Positions 1 to 11,431 are shown, numbered from the whole stretch's first letter. The stretch: DNA of 63,951 nucleotides, filler included, from Licmophora abbreviata (GCA_900291995.1; 10 parts of 10 records of this genome joined end to end with filler, not necessarily neighbours in it); one strand, 5' to 3'. Program-made: numbers and translations. The notes: a model not told the origin generated them from the sequence alone.

Positions 1-17
1 CTACTACTACGACGCGG

Positions 18-1775
18 GTGCTACCTCGCAAGCGCCGTATCGCAAGACAACGACCCCCTGCTTCTATACCAAAAACAACAACAACAACAACCACAACAAC
101 TCCCGCCAAGGTGTCCATGACCGACTGCTTGGCCTGTTCGGGGTGCGTCACGACGGCAGAAACAGTACTCATTGAAGAGCATTCCTTGGAGACACTGAAA
201 ACAAGAGTCCAGCAGATGTTCCTCCGTGACGACGACGAGGATCGTAGCACCACTGTGGCATTCACCCTTTCTCCTGCGTCGTGGGGTGACTTGTTTCGAA
301 TCTTGCGAGTGAGTACTACTACTTTGCAAGGGGATGAGGTCCTCCGGATGCAGCGACGTCTGGTGACTTTCTTACACAGGACCTGCCGTGCTTCGCTTGT
401 ACTGGATGGTAGTCTGCCACTGCAGTGGTCTTTGCGAGAAGCGGCGGAAGAGTTTTGTCGTGCACATCAAGAGAAACAACGATTGCATGTACAAACAACA
501 CCTCCTCCCTCTGTCGCCTTGTCGGCACGAGAATCGCAAGTCTTGGATGATGGCGGCACCATGGTGGTACGACCGTCGCCTCCCATTCCAGCAGTCTGGC
601 CTGTCGTTTCCTCCTCGTGTCCCGCACTGGTGTGTTTGGTGGAAAAGTCAACTCCGGCGGCAGTCCCACACTTGTGTTCGACTAAGAGTCCCATGGCGGC
701 GGCCGGGTCCTACTTGAAACAGCACAACACGACTAATAGCAGTCGGAATGCAACACTATTTCACGTTGCCATCATGCCATGCCATGATAAAAAGTTGGAA
801 GCCTCTCGAAAGGATCTATGGTACGACGATGGTGATACAAAGGATGTCGATTTGGTCCTCAGCACGTCAGAACTCTGGACGCTTCTGCAAGAGACCTTTC
901 AATCGACCGAGCCAAGTGTCATTTTAGAAAAGCTCAACGGAATGCCCATGGCATCATTATACAACAAGCGGACGGAGGAGGATATGCCAACGAACCATGC
1001 GGAGTCTGTGACCTTTATTACGACGGAAGAACGCAGTCGTTGTGAGAATGATATGGACAAGGACGGAGATGACGTGCACATGGAGGATGCACCATCCGAC
1101 GTCTTTTTCGCTTTAGGTTCCGGTGGCTATGCCGACTACATTTTTCGATATGCTGCTTGGAAACTCTTTGATTACAAGCTGGATGATGATCCACTTCCTT
1201 GGGTGCCAGTGCAATCGGAAAGTCGAGTCAAAATGAGTGCTCGGGTGGCCATGGCTCGCAAGTCACGGCGTGACTTTTATCAAGTCGTACTCTATCGACG
1301 AACTTCCGATGGACGCTTGTCTTGTGACCCACAATGCGGTGATGATGATACGGAACATACTGCTGTCCTACGATTTGCTACTGCCTATGGTCTTCAGACG
1401 ATTCAACGTGTCCTTCAACCCTTTGGAGATGCCGCTTCCAAAACACACAGTGCAGACTTTCCGTTTGACTACATGGAGGCCATGGCATGTCCTTCCGGAT
1501 GTCCCAATGGAGGAGGTCAGATTCGTAGTGCGACAGGCGGCGGGGCTCCCCGAGAAACTCCCACGGAAACGAGACAGCGTGTCGGTGAAACGCAACGTAT
1601 CATGAAGAGTGTTGGATGCGGAGATGCATCATTCGCTACTAGTAGTAGTATTGAGCCAAACGGCGCGATGGCTCCGCCAAAGTCGTTGATGCACACGAGC
1701 TTTCACGTGGTTCCACCCTTGCAGCATACCATGGGCGCGACGGCTGGAGTGGCAGTACAAGATATGCAGTGGTAG
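18..1775 (+). CDS. NAR1: Cytosolic Fe-S cluster assembly factor NAR1/NARFL (CIAO3), [FeFe]-hydrogenase-like; 5' end probably outside the window
   Basis: Motifs DCLACSGCVTTAE, SSSCP, IMPCHDKKLEASR, EAMACPSGCPNGGGQ and a C-terminal W are typical of Nar1/NARF. Confidence 0.92.
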   Translation: MLPRKRRIARQRPPASIPKTTTTTTTTTPAKVSMTDCLACSGCVTTAETVLIEEHSLETLKTRVQQMFLRDDDEDRSTTVAFTLSPASWGDLFRILRVSTTTLQGDEVLRMQRRLVTFLHRTCRASLVLDGSLPLQWSLREAAEEFCRAHQEKQRLHVQTTPPPSVALSARESQVLDDGGTMVVRPSPPIPAVWPVVSSSCPALVCLVEKSTPAAVPHLCSTKSPMAAAGSYLKQHNTTNSSRNATLFHVAIMPCHDKKLEASRKDLWYDDGDTKDVDLVLSTSELWTLLQETFQSTEPSVILEKLNGMPMASLYNKRTEEDMPTNHAESVTFITTEERSRCENDMDKDGDDVHMEDAPSDVFFALGSGGYADYIFRYAAWKLFDYKLDDDPLPWVPVQSESRVKMSARVAMARKSRRDFYQVVLYRRTSDGRLSCDPQCGDDDTEHTAVLRFATAYGLQTIQRVLQPFGDAASKTHSADFPFDYMEAMACPSGCPNGGGQIRSATGGGAPRETPTETRQRVGETQRIMKSVGCGDASFATSSSIEPNGAMAPPKSLMHTSFHVVPPLQHTMGATAGVAVQDMQW

Positions 1776-1805
1776 TGTATAACTGGGAATATGCAATAGA
1801 AATCG

Positions 1806-2351
1806 TTAGAAGGTCGTGACTGCTTCATACGTTCTTAGCAACGTACACGACTCCAAGGGAATCCGCCATTGCGGCTCGGATGAAGGAAGATCTCGTCGTC
1901 GTTGAATCGTAGGATGCTGCCAGAAGTCCTCCACAACTTGGGCTCCACCAAAGAGATCGGCGAGACTCAGATGTTGGCTTTGAAGGATATGGTCAAAGAG
2001 CACTTCGTATCGATCGCGCAGCTCGCTGGCGGACGCTACGGCAATGGAGGGCGGAAAGTCGGGGCCCTCGACGCTACATTTGAGAAGCGGAAATTCGCCT
2101 TCCGCGATTGGAGTACCTACGAAAAATACCCCCTCGAACTCCCCCGCTCCAGTGGATAGGTCTGGAACCCACACGATATCTCCAGTCTGGATTTCAGGAA
2201 AGGATCTCTGAGTTTGTTCTAGTTCAAATGACTGATTCGGAGCACCTGATGTAGTCGTCGTTACGAGGATCCACTGGTGGTGAAACCTGTCGTAGTTATC
2301 ATCTCCTACTAGAGGGGATTCGTGGAGCTTTAGAACGTGCAAGCGCGGCAT
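1806..2351 (-). CDS. Hypothetical protein (~181 aa)
   Basis: Clean ORF from ATG 2351 (MPRLHVLKL...) with globular-looking composition, convergent with NAR1; no family recognised. Confidence 0.6.
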   Translation of the reverse strand: MPRLHVLKLHESPLVGDDNYDRFHHQWILVTTTTSGAPNQSFELEQTQRSFPEIQTGDIVWVPDLSTGAGEFEGVFFVGTPIAEGEFPLLKCSVEGPDFPPSIAVASASELRDRYEVLFDHILQSQHLSLADLFGGAQVVEDFWQHPTIQRRRDLPSSEPQWRIPLESCTLLRTYEAVTTF

Positions 2352-2598
2352 GATTGTTGAGGTTCTTGAAACAAGCACAGTGATGGTGATGTGATAGCGA
2401 TGATGATGTGCGGTTCGCAACGATAGATTTCAACCATCGCGAATGCGCGGCGGCAGCAAATTTCAGCCTCCGGGTGTGCCGGCACAATCCTACTGTCGCG
2501 TTATGGCGGTGGCTCTCGTCGGCAGTCACTGGTACCGTTTCTCAATTTGCCTTTGGACTACTCTAGCATACGACATCAACTCTATGGCTTGGCGTTTT

Positions 2599-3749
2599 CT
2601 ATACCGTCATGAGAGGCGATGAATCAGCATGCATCACACTGTTGCTGCTCCTCACCGGACTATTACTACTACTGCCGCTCGTCGTCGCCGTCATGCTGGT
2701 TCGTCTTACGGGTCTTCGAAGGGCAGCGGACGATGATTCTAGTACCCATCTTTTGTCATCCTCCGGATGATAATGACCCACCATTGTTTGCATTTCCATG
2801 TCATCATAGACTTCTTCCTCTCGACTTTCTTTCCTCTTGATTCTACCACTGTTTGCTGATGGATACGACTGTTGCCTCATGATGCCGCTGTTGTGATTTC
2901 GATTTCGATGATTCGGCATGACTCGAATCGCGGCCGGCCCCTCAAAGATATCACGAAAGTCGACCGTCTGACTTTCATCAAAATCAAATCGCTGCATGAC
3001 ACGCTTGTAGTTCGAATGAATCTTGAGACACGTATAGAGCGTCACCATCATACACACCAAGGCTGCCTCCCAATGCAAAATCAACCACACGCAGAGCAAG
3101 ACACTCCCGACGGTACAGGCCAGTCCTACTCCAAAGACATAAAAGACACTCTTGCGTTCGTCGTACAAGCCGTCGGTGGCGGTCATCATACTTCCGTCGG
3201 GACCGCGGAGGGCCATGCCGGCACCCAAGACGCTCAGTGCGGTAGTGTGAGAGACGACCATCATGTTGGCGCAAAAGGCAGCGACGATTGTAACGTAATA
3301 GAGAAACTTGATGGATCTTGCAAGTAGTATCAAATAAGAATCCGTGCCCTATAGGGGAAATATAGCATTAAGGTAGGTGTGGCTCGACGAGGTGAATAAT
3401 TGCGATGTACAAGCATGGAAAAGTAAGCCTCCGAGAAAGAGCACGCATACACGAACGTACCCAGGTTTCGTTCCCAGGAGGCTGAAATTCGATAAACATG
3501 GTAATATCCAGTCCAGCGAGTACTGCCGCCTGTGTACCGACAGTCACTGAGCGAGAAAAAAAAGAGATGATAATGGTGAGTCATGAATGTGGGGGATGGT
3601 GAATACACGCAGCTGCGAGCGGTGCCGTGTCCATTCCCAATAACGAACGTACTTAGATTTGAATGATGCAAAGTGAATTCCTTCTCTTTCAGAGCAGTCG
3701 CCTGCTGCTTGAGGGCGCTCTGGAGCTGAAGCTTGTCCGCAGCCAGCAT
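2599..3749 (-). CDS. Four-TM membrane protein, Orai/CRAC-like; 3 exons (3749-3653, 3546-3461, 3348-2599)
   Basis: GT-AG splicing gives MLAADKLQLQ...NLMTVGTQAAVLAGLDITMFIEFQPPGNETWGTDSYLILLARS... followed by three more hydrophobic helices and an ALRGPDGSM loop. Confidence 0.7.
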
Positions 3750-4537
3750 GGTGGTAAGCAGGAAGTCGAAACGCGAGGTAAGCGTTGAGTTGGTCTTTTC
3801 AGGAGTCGGTCGCTTTCAAAAAAGCGATCTCTTGGTCAGTTTCGAATAAACTGAATCCAAACTTCGACAAAACAGCCAGTGGAGCTTCAAAACGTCGACT
3901 GTCGTGGACCAACGGGACGATTCAAGACAAATTCGGTCGATAACTCTTCACCATGGACACACCGCGAAGAGCCGCGAGAGTCCTCTTGCTGTTTGCGTTC
4001 CAAAGGATATATCATAGGTATGGGTAAATTCCGGGTCTTCAAAAGTGCGGCGCGCGCGGCCTGTTCGGATCATCCGCGCCGGGCGACGATCTGAAAGTCG
4101 TGCGAGATCCCTTTTCATATTCATCAGTCGCCTGCAAGAAAACGCTGCAGATTCACGGACTGACATCTCACCTACCTATGACTCTCCCTTGTCATGGCTT
4201 GGAAGGCGTTGATCTCTACTCACAAGACTGAATTCTTCGCTCGTTCAGTCGTACCGGTGCATGAACGCTTCAAATTTTACTTAGGGAGAACTCGCGTACG
4301 CGAGCGACACACATTACATCAGTTTGACCATCATACCGAGAATGCAAAGGTGATATGGAGGCCAAAGTTGTATGAAGGGCCGTATGAGCGTGGGCGAGGG
4401 AGGGCGCCTTGACGCGCTAGAATGAGCTGCACGAGAAGTCGTCGTCATGAAACTGAAAGCGGACGTATTCCTACCGTATTGGAGATAGTTACCAAGCAGC
4501 AAGTACTACACATAGGCATCATTCATCTCAAACACTG

Positions 4538-5414
4538 CTATCCAGTTTTCTCTTTCAAGGTTGTTTCGAGTGTTTCCATTGTCACTCCATACGTTTCAAT
4601 GTCCTCCACCATGCACATTCCTGTGATTCCACGCACAGGTTCTCCCAGCAAATGAAGCGCAAAGGCTCCATAGAATGAACCCATGTCACGTTTAGCCATC
4701 AAATCTCTTTCCTGCTGAAGAGCTTCTTCTTGAACCAACTCAGTCAACTCCAATTTCCTTCCCCCCCCCCCCTCTTTTCCACAAGCGACAACGCGTCCTT
4801 CCACGGCATGGCGTCTCCCTGCATGGATAAGTAGTATTCTTAACTTTTTCCCGTGTGGCCCAGATAGTACCAATATCACTGCGTCGCGTAAAGGAGTATA
4901 CAGCAGTGCCTCCTTCGAGAGACCGTCCGGGCAGTCATGTTCTTGAGATCGGCGAGAAAGACGAAGATCGCATCCGAAAAGCATCCGACAAAGACGCTCA
5001 GCGTGGGGAGTCCAATCGTCCTGGCATGTTCCAAAATCACCCTTTTGCCTTTTATAAAGGGAAAGTTTCCCCTCCAACGACGATGGTCGACTCCAAACTG
5101 CGATGACACATACAAGGAGACACCCGCGGTTTTGCTGGCGTCCATGACGCTGGTTTCCAGCTTGACCATGTCGGTGCCACTTAGTGTGGAGACAACCACC
5201 TTGGTCTCATTCGTTTTCAATGCGTCAAAGTCGACCACTTGAATTTCCCAGCCGAGCGTTCCTAGATTGTGAGCCTTTTCGCCATTTCCACTCTGTGCTG
5301 GTCGCAGGAGCGAGCGAGGGCGACGACTTTCGAAAATCTTTCGGCTTTCACGATCCCCTTGGCGAACTCGCTACCAAGTCCACCAGTTCCTCTCACCAGA
5401 ACAAGATAAGGCAT
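4538..5414 (-). pseudogene. NmrA-like / isoflavone-reductase family remnant, frameshifted
   Basis: MPYLVLVRGTGGLGSEFAK (degenerate GxxGxxG), then VVVSTLSG...SSQFGVD...GKRVILEH, then the C-terminal part, in three different frames with no obvious intron at the first junction. Confidence 0.65.
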
Positions 5415-5774
5415 GATGGACGATGAAAGCACGGGGACAAAGGCCGAACAAGATCTTTCGAGTGCTTTTCTTTCATCGCCCGCACGAAACTTTTTGATTG
5501 ATCGAAGAACATCTTGGAGCAACGAAAATGCTCGAGCTCGAAGTTTGCAGACTTCGTCAGAAAGCTCGAGATTCAAGTCAATTTCCGCCTCACAAAAATC
5601 AAACATCGAAACGCGTCTCAGCGTCGTCTCATCGCGTCACGCAGAAAAGGTGTGGCAGCCCCTCCAAGTCTCAAGAGACAAAGAAAGAGAGTTATCCCGG
5701 CTTGCAGTTTGGAAGCCTTTGGTTCTGTTCCGAGCAGAGAACTGGTCGAACGAAAAAGAGAGAGTTTAGAGAAC

Positions 5775-8306
5775 ATGACGCAAACCGCCCATGATGCTGG
5801 CATTCCCGCCGAAAGCGGCCAAGACCATCAGTACTGTTTGGTTTGTTATTCAGAATTGGAATATGCTGGGATCCTCCCATGCGGGCACAATGATGTTTGT
5901 GCGACATGTCATCTCCGATTACGGCACTTACATTCCGACACGAAATGCATCATGTGCAAGACGCCGAATGAAACCATCGTGGTGGATACCGACCACAGGA
6001 ACAAGCAGTTTCAGGATTATCCCATATGGGGGGATGAGCTCGGGTCGGAGTTTGTGCATCGAGCGGATGTGGGCATGTTCTTTCCTGTGACCTACTATGA
6101 GCGCGAAATACTTTCTCTCTTCGGGTTTTCCTGTACCGAACACAAGTGCGGGTACGATGGAACGACGCCGGATCCGAATATCTACAAACAAGACAGCAAG
6201 AATGCAAACCATCACAAGAAGAAACCAGCTGCAACGCCCCTTCGAGCTTTGCAAGACCACTTGCGCAACAAGCATCGACTGACGCTGTGTGAGCTGTGTG
6301 TGGAGCACCGTCGAGATTTTGTTAGTTTGCTGCCACGCTTTTCGCCTTCACAACTCAAACAGCACTTGAGCAAAGGTGATGGCGCCGAGTCGGGCTTTAA
6401 AGGCCATCCAGTTTGCGAATTCTGTCGTCCAAAGCGCTTCTATGACTTGACTCAGCTTTACCAACATTTGCAACGTGAGCACTACAAATGCGATGTGTGT
6501 GACAAGCAGGGATTATCCAATCAGTACTTTAAGAACTACGGCAGTCTGGCACGACATTTTGAGCGACAACACTTTCTGTGTCCAGATCCGCAATGTCTAG
6601 CGGCACGGTTTGTTGTGTTTGACAATGAGATTGATTACAGGGCACACGAACGGAGCGTGCATGGAAGGACCACCGGTGGATCGACCAAGATTCAATTGGA
6701 GTTTCGTGTGCGACGGCCAGGACAAGAAGACCTCGAACAACAGGATGTACCGACCGACCAAGACTTTCAATACGGGCTAGACGGACAAGCTTTTGTGCCA
6801 GAGCCGTTACCACGTAACAGCCAACCAGATGAACAGAGCAGCCACCCGTTGCATCTTGCGCGTACTGCAGAGCTACGAGCACATGCAGCGCAGATTCGGC
6901 ACGAGCGCGAGATGGAGACGGCACCAGATGCGTTTCCCAGTTTAAATGAGGAGGCACACAATTCTAGCAGTGGAAATCTACGGATTGGCTGGACGGGAGA
7001 GGGGCGAGCGACGGTTGCCCAGAGAGTCTCAGGTAACATCCCCATGCGTAATACGCAAGAGAATTTCCCGTCTCTTCCCACCGGCGGTAGCAAGAAGAAG
7101 ACACCGTCGGCAGCGGCGTCAACCAAGAGTGGGGGAGTATCAGGGAGCCGCTCTTTTGCAGCCATGCGCAGCGCTGCCATGGGCACAGCTCCGGGGCCTG
7201 CGACTGGCGGTGCCTCGTGGGGTATAGCGGCCAGCGCGACAGGAGCGGCATCTGTACCGCCCCCTGCCGCGTCGTTCCTTGCTTCTTCATCAGCTTACCC
7301 CCCTGCTTCTCCGTCGCTCGGTGGAGCCAGCAGCACTCGTTATCCTGCCGCGGAGCGTGTTGTGCGAAGAACTCATGCTCCTCCAGCCTTGACAAGCTCA
7401 GTCGACTTCCCTCCGCCTCCCATGGCCTCCAACAAACAGTCCGTCCGTGAGAAGATGATTGGTAATCAGAAGGCGAAAGCTCCGTCACAGGCAGCTTTGG
7501 ATAATGTCATGAATTTCCCGCCTCCTACAGCGTCTTCGTCATCTGTTGCACATGGCAAGGCGACCGTTGAACAGATGAAGGCGACCTTGGGGTCGGCAAA
7601 GTACAAGCAGCTAAAAACGCTCACCATGGAATTTGCATCTGATTCACTTGGTCCAGAGGCGTATGTTGATCATGCAGCTGCCCTGTTTGACTCTGGATAC
7701 GGTGATCGCGACTTTTGGTCTTTTCTTCCTAGTCTGTTGGTTTCTTGCCCTAACGAAACTACCGCTCGACGCGCATCGAGGTACATGGAGGAGATTCGTC
7801 AGAGCCAATACTGTTCGTCGCTCACTTCTAGGCAAAATTCTTCACGGGAAAGATCAAGCCCAGGAAAGACGAAGGGGGGCTGGTCGGCTCCTCCCAGGGT
7901 GACCACGGCACCAACCTCCACCAGGACTGCTTCTCCAGTGTACCCCACTGCCTCTGCTAGTGGAGGATGGGCCAGTGTGTCTGCTGCGAATCGTCCAAGT
8001 CTAGCTGGTGTTCCGACTCCCGCTGCGTCATACAGACGTACGATTGCTACCACTGTAAAGAAGTCAAAGAGTGCATGGGGAGGCACCGCTAGCGGAGTTT
8101 CAGCGGCCGCACGTGCGAAGGCGCCACCTGGGAGCGTGGCGGTTGCTGCCGCGCAGGAAGGCCCAAAGACGGGGACGGCCACGGCATTTATGGCAAAGCA
8201 GAGCAAACAGCAGTCGAAGCAAGGCCAGCCATCGACAAAGAGTTCAACGAAGAAAAACAAGAAAAAACAGAATGAGGAACTCCGTGCTCTAGCATTCGGC
8301 AAATAG
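5775..8306 (+). CDS. ZNF598: E3 ubiquitin ligase ZNF598/Hel2 (ribosome quality control)
   Basis: RING CLVC...PCGHNDVCATCHLRLR...CIMCK, tandem C2H2 fingers (GHPVCEFC, HYKCDVC, HFLCPDPQC) and FP-S/P repeats; single exon, ATG at 5775. Confidence 0.92.
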   Translation: MTQTAHDAGIPAESGQDHQYCLVCYSELEYAGILPCGHNDVCATCHLRLRHLHSDTKCIMCKTPNETIVVDTDHRNKQFQDYPIWGDELGSEFVHRADVGMFFPVTYYEREILSLFGFSCTEHKCGYDGTTPDPNIYKQDSKNANHHKKKPAATPLRALQDHLRNKHRLTLCELCVEHRRDFVSLLPRFSPSQLKQHLSKGDGAESGFKGHPVCEFCRPKRFYDLTQLYQHLQREHYKCDVCDKQGLSNQYFKNYGSLARHFERQHFLCPDPQCLAARFVVFDNEIDYRAHERSVHGRTTGGSTKIQLEFRVRRPGQEDLEQQDVPTDQDFQYGLDGQAFVPEPLPRNSQPDEQSSHPLHLARTAELRAHAAQIRHEREMETAPDAFPSLNEEAHNSSSGNLRIGWTGEGRATVAQRVSGNIPMRNTQENFPSLPTGGSKKKTPSAAASTKSGGVSGSRSFAAMRSAAMGTAPGPATGGASWGIAASATGAASVPPPAASFLASSSAYPPASPSLGGASSTRYPAAERVVRRTHAPPALTSSVDFPPPPMASNKQSVREKMIGNQKAKAPSQAALDNVMNFPPPTASSSSVAHGKATVEQMKATLGSAKYKQLKTLTMEFASDSLGPEAYVDHAAALFDSGYGDRDFWSFLPSLLVSCPNETTARRASRYMEEIRQSQYCSSLTSRQNSSRERSSPGKTKGGWSAPPRVTTAPTSTRTASPVYPTASASGGWASVSAANRPSLAGVPTPAASYRRTIATTVKKSKSAWGGTASGVSAAARAKAPPGSVAVAAAQEGPKTGTATAFMAKQSKQQSKQGQPSTKSSTKKNKKKQNEELRALAFGK

Positions 8307-8345
8307 AGTGTTTAGACTGTTTATAGCTAGTTGATTTGCCGCCTC

Positions 8346-10358
8346 TCATTTCCGTCTCGATTTCGGACGATCCTCCAGTATGTCGACTGCACACACAAAA
8401 CTGCAGATGTTATGGGACGTGAGGTCGCTTCTCATAGCAGTTGATCGCAATCGATCACGAAAGCCTCCCAGAGTTAGCTGTGGATTCTGCATATACATGC
8501 TTGTCGTCGCCGCCGAATATTGCCACTGGAGCTGGTAGCGTAATGCAAGCCCAACTGATTGTGTGATCTTGCCTGCCGTTTCTCCCATGTTATGATCAAC
8601 AGCTAGTTGATGCACGCTGCACAGTCCTTCCGAAAAGATGGCAGTGGTTGTAGCAGAGTCCTCCTCATAGTAGATTCCAACCCATTGAGCAGAGAGAACA
8701 TCTTCACCCCCTCCGTCTTGATGCTCTGAGAGTGAGCCTATGGCTCGTTTCACGTGATCCATGTACTTTGTACTCACCTGCCCATCGTACCGGTGTATTT
8801 CACCGACCGCCTTCAGCAACCAGCCGTCCACCCTATCGTCTAATGGCCATGCTTTCATGTCCTGTGTAACAATGACTTTCGCCGCTCGGACAGCCACTGT
8901 CATCCATTCCTTTTCTGGTATGTATCCAGCCTTGTCGTTGACGAGGTTGTACAGTCTCGCCAAAGCGTATATCGTCCGACTATGGGCGTATCGATTGTAG
9001 TGATCCTCGTCCACGTCCAACTCGGGAACTTGTACCCACTGCAGGAACCAATCGTCCATCTTGAGTGCATGTGTAATCCAGTACGCAATGTCCTTGACAG
9101 TGTCAAATGGAGACCAGTCGCCCGTTGCGTCCATGTACTCTGCAATCGCCATTACAGTTTCCGAATTTGTCCCTGTCCAGCTCTCTTGATATCCGTCGAA
9201 GTCTTCGCCTCCCTCGACTTCTTCCACAACACACTTCGCAACCGTCGTTGGCTCGTACGGTGCAGGACAAGGTTTGATGGTGTCCAACAAGTAGTGCAGC
9301 GCTCGTTTCAAGCCCATACGCAGTTTGGTATTTTCTGGATCGATGCGATAGGCACGCGCCATGGCGTACATTCCAGAAGCATGTCGCAACATTGGACCCT
9401 CGGACACGGTTCGATGCGACCGTGGCAAATATTGATCGATTATCCTTCCGTCACCATCCATCGTGTTCACCAAATACGCCACAGCCTTGCGTGTTGCCTC
9501 GCGTAGAAGCGCAGGTGTAATGCTTTCACTGTCAAAGATGTCATGTCCATGGACTATCGAAACTGGCAATGGCGTCGAGTCTGATGCTGTATTGTAAGAG
9601 ACGCTTTCCGTTCGAAATAGATCCAACGGTGTTTGCATGATAGTTTCGTCATCAGACCAGCTCGGCACCGGCCATCCCTCCAGTGCCTTGCTACGTGCAT
9701 ACGAAAGAATACGCTCCCATCGCAGCAATCCGTCGTGGTCCACGAGGGCATGAGCAAGTACTTCATCTGGCAGGAACACCCATTCATTGTCCCAGTCCAA
9801 GGCTATGCCATACCATGGACCGGGTGAGTCGATGACATCATAGTAATTAAATTCCTCGATTCGTTTGATCCCTGTTACCACATCAATCTTGATCCAGGGA
9901 TGAGATGTGGTGTGTTTCGGAAGCCTTCGCTGCGCTTGCTGCAAGGCATGTTCGGCCGAATGCTTCGATCGACTCGATGCAATGTACGTTTCGCCAGGTA
10001 GACCATTGCTCACGCTTACAAAGACGACATATTCATCGTTGTAGGCGGCGGGGGCATCGTCCAGAAAGTCAGAGATGCCTTCCAGCATGACGGCATAGTT
10101 TGCAGACGGTCCACTCGGGACTCGTAGGATCAGGCAGTACACCATCCCCGATAACAGCAGTACAACCATCACAATCAGTTTCGGTCCGGTCAGTATTGTT
10201 CGACGGAAGTAAGAGATGGTCGCATTATATCTTTCGTGCTTGCCGTGACCGTTTCTTCTGTATCCATAGGATGCGTACTCCATGTCATCCTCGGCGCTAC
10301 CCATCAGGACGGTCTCTCCGCCCAATGGAGGCCCTCCACTTCCCCGTCGTCTCATCAT
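8346..10358 (-). CDS. Type II membrane protein with a bacterial-like luminal domain (probable alpha/alpha-toroid; resembles proteins loosely annotated poly(glycerol-phosphate) alpha-glucosyltransferase)
   Basis: Long intronless ORF; TM KLIVMVVLLLSGMVYCLIL; motifs WIKIDVV, GIALD...FLPDEV, DGRIIDQY...LRHASGMYAM, GGFR...MRSDLTSH. Confidence 0.6.
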   Translation of the reverse strand: MMRRRGSGGPPLGGETVLMGSAEDDMEYASYGYRRNGHGKHERYNATISYFRRTILTGPKLIVMVVLLLSGMVYCLILRVPSGPSANYAVMLEGISDFLDDAPAAYNDEYVVFVSVSNGLPGETYIASSRSKHSAEHALQQAQRRLPKHTTSHPWIKIDVVTGIKRIEEFNYYDVIDSPGPWYGIALDWDNEWVFLPDEVLAHALVDHDGLLRWERILSYARSKALEGWPVPSWSDDETIMQTPLDLFRTESVSYNTASDSTPLPVSIVHGHDIFDSESITPALLREATRKAVAYLVNTMDGDGRIIDQYLPRSHRTVSEGPMLRHASGMYAMARAYRIDPENTKLRMGLKRALHYLLDTIKPCPAPYEPTTVAKCVVEEVEGGEDFDGYQESWTGTNSETVMAIAEYMDATGDWSPFDTVKDIAYWITHALKMDDWFLQWVQVPELDVDEDHYNRYAHSRTIYALARLYNLVNDKAGYIPEKEWMTVAVRAAKVIVTQDMKAWPLDDRVDGWLLKAVGEIHRYDGQVSTKYMDHVKRAIGSLSEHQDGGGEDVLSAQWVGIYYEEDSATTTAIFSEGLCSVHQLAVDHNMGETAGKITQSVGLALRYQLQWQYSAATTSMYMQNPQLTLGGFRDRLRSTAMRSDLTSHNICSFVCAVDILEDRPKSRRK

Positions 10359-10805
10359 TGTGGGGGACAAGTTCGCGTACTCTCCGACATTGGTCAAGCA
10401 AGACAATGTTCCAACGCAGTTCCTTTCGCCTGCGATCTAGTCTAGCAGCAAGCCATCGTCGTTGTCCAAGCCGCAAAAGTCCAAACTGATGTGTCTTCCA
10501 AATTGAAAATCGCCAAATTGCGTTGCTTTTTTATTGAAAATGTCATGACATGATCCTGACGACGAGCTCTCTCACATAGGGCATTTCAATAAAAAAGTGC
10601 GCGCCACTGATGGAGCTCGTGCATAGAGATGATCGAGGTGAGACGCAGCGCGCGTTGAACACGCACTACTACATGGCACCGCATGAGCCATGACACTATC
10701 AGTGTTACTTTCCCGAGGCGGTACTTTTACTGCTTTGTTCATGCCCCACGCTGATGGTTAAAAGCGTCTAAGTCGCTAGAGAGGTACTACTTTGAGAAGT
10801 TCAGC

Positions 10806-11431
10806 ATGGCAAATGCAGCAGCCAAGAAAGCAGCAGCCGGTACGTGATCGCAACTCTGGGCGTCATTCATGATGTAGACCCGATGTGAAGCTTGCCATCA
10901 AATAAGTTTATACTCACATACTTCTATACATTGATCCTCTATTCCACAGCTCGCTCGGCGGCAAAGTCCACCTATCTTCCTCTGATGCTGGGAATGAATG
11001 CCGTCTATGTGTTGTTACGCCTACGTCGTCTTGACGAAGCGCTTTCATTTTGGCATGTCATTGGCACACTGGTCCTTTGGATATTGGAGTACATGAGCTA
11101 CCAGGGCATACTCGAAAGCGCTGCTGCGGGCGGCAGTAAAAAGTCCAACGGCGCACCAATAGCAGGAGGGGTCTATTTGGATCTACTGGGACTGACAGTG
11201 CTGGTTCAATTTGGAACCTGCTTGTGGACTGCAAACTTTTACTGGCTCTTGTCCATTGTGCCGCCCGTGGCGGCCTACAAAGTCTACACTGCATTCAAAA
11301 ACAGTATGCCCGGTGGAGGAAAGTCAGGACCCCAAAGGTCTGAACCGCCAACAGGACAAATTGGGGAGTCGGAGGAATTGGCGGAAAAGAGGCGCAAGCG
11401 AGCAGAGCGGAGGCGTCAAAAGCGGGCTTAG
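10806..11431 (+). CDS. TMEM208: TMEM208/Snd2 (DUF788) ER-targeting protein; intron 10840-10949
   Basis: Exon 1 MANAAAKKAAA, GTACGT...CACAG intron, DLLGLT TM segment and basic tail EKRRKRAERRRQK. Confidence 0.85.

Noticed and set aside
18..1775. Possible [FeFe]-hydrogenase
   Set aside because: Motif pattern (CLACSGC, MPCHDKKLEA, terminal W) is that of Nar1/NARF, and no maturase genes are nearby
5514..5774. 87-codon N-terminal extension of ZNF598 from a TTG
   Set aside because: Non-ATG start in a eukaryote; ATG 5775 directly precedes the RING domain
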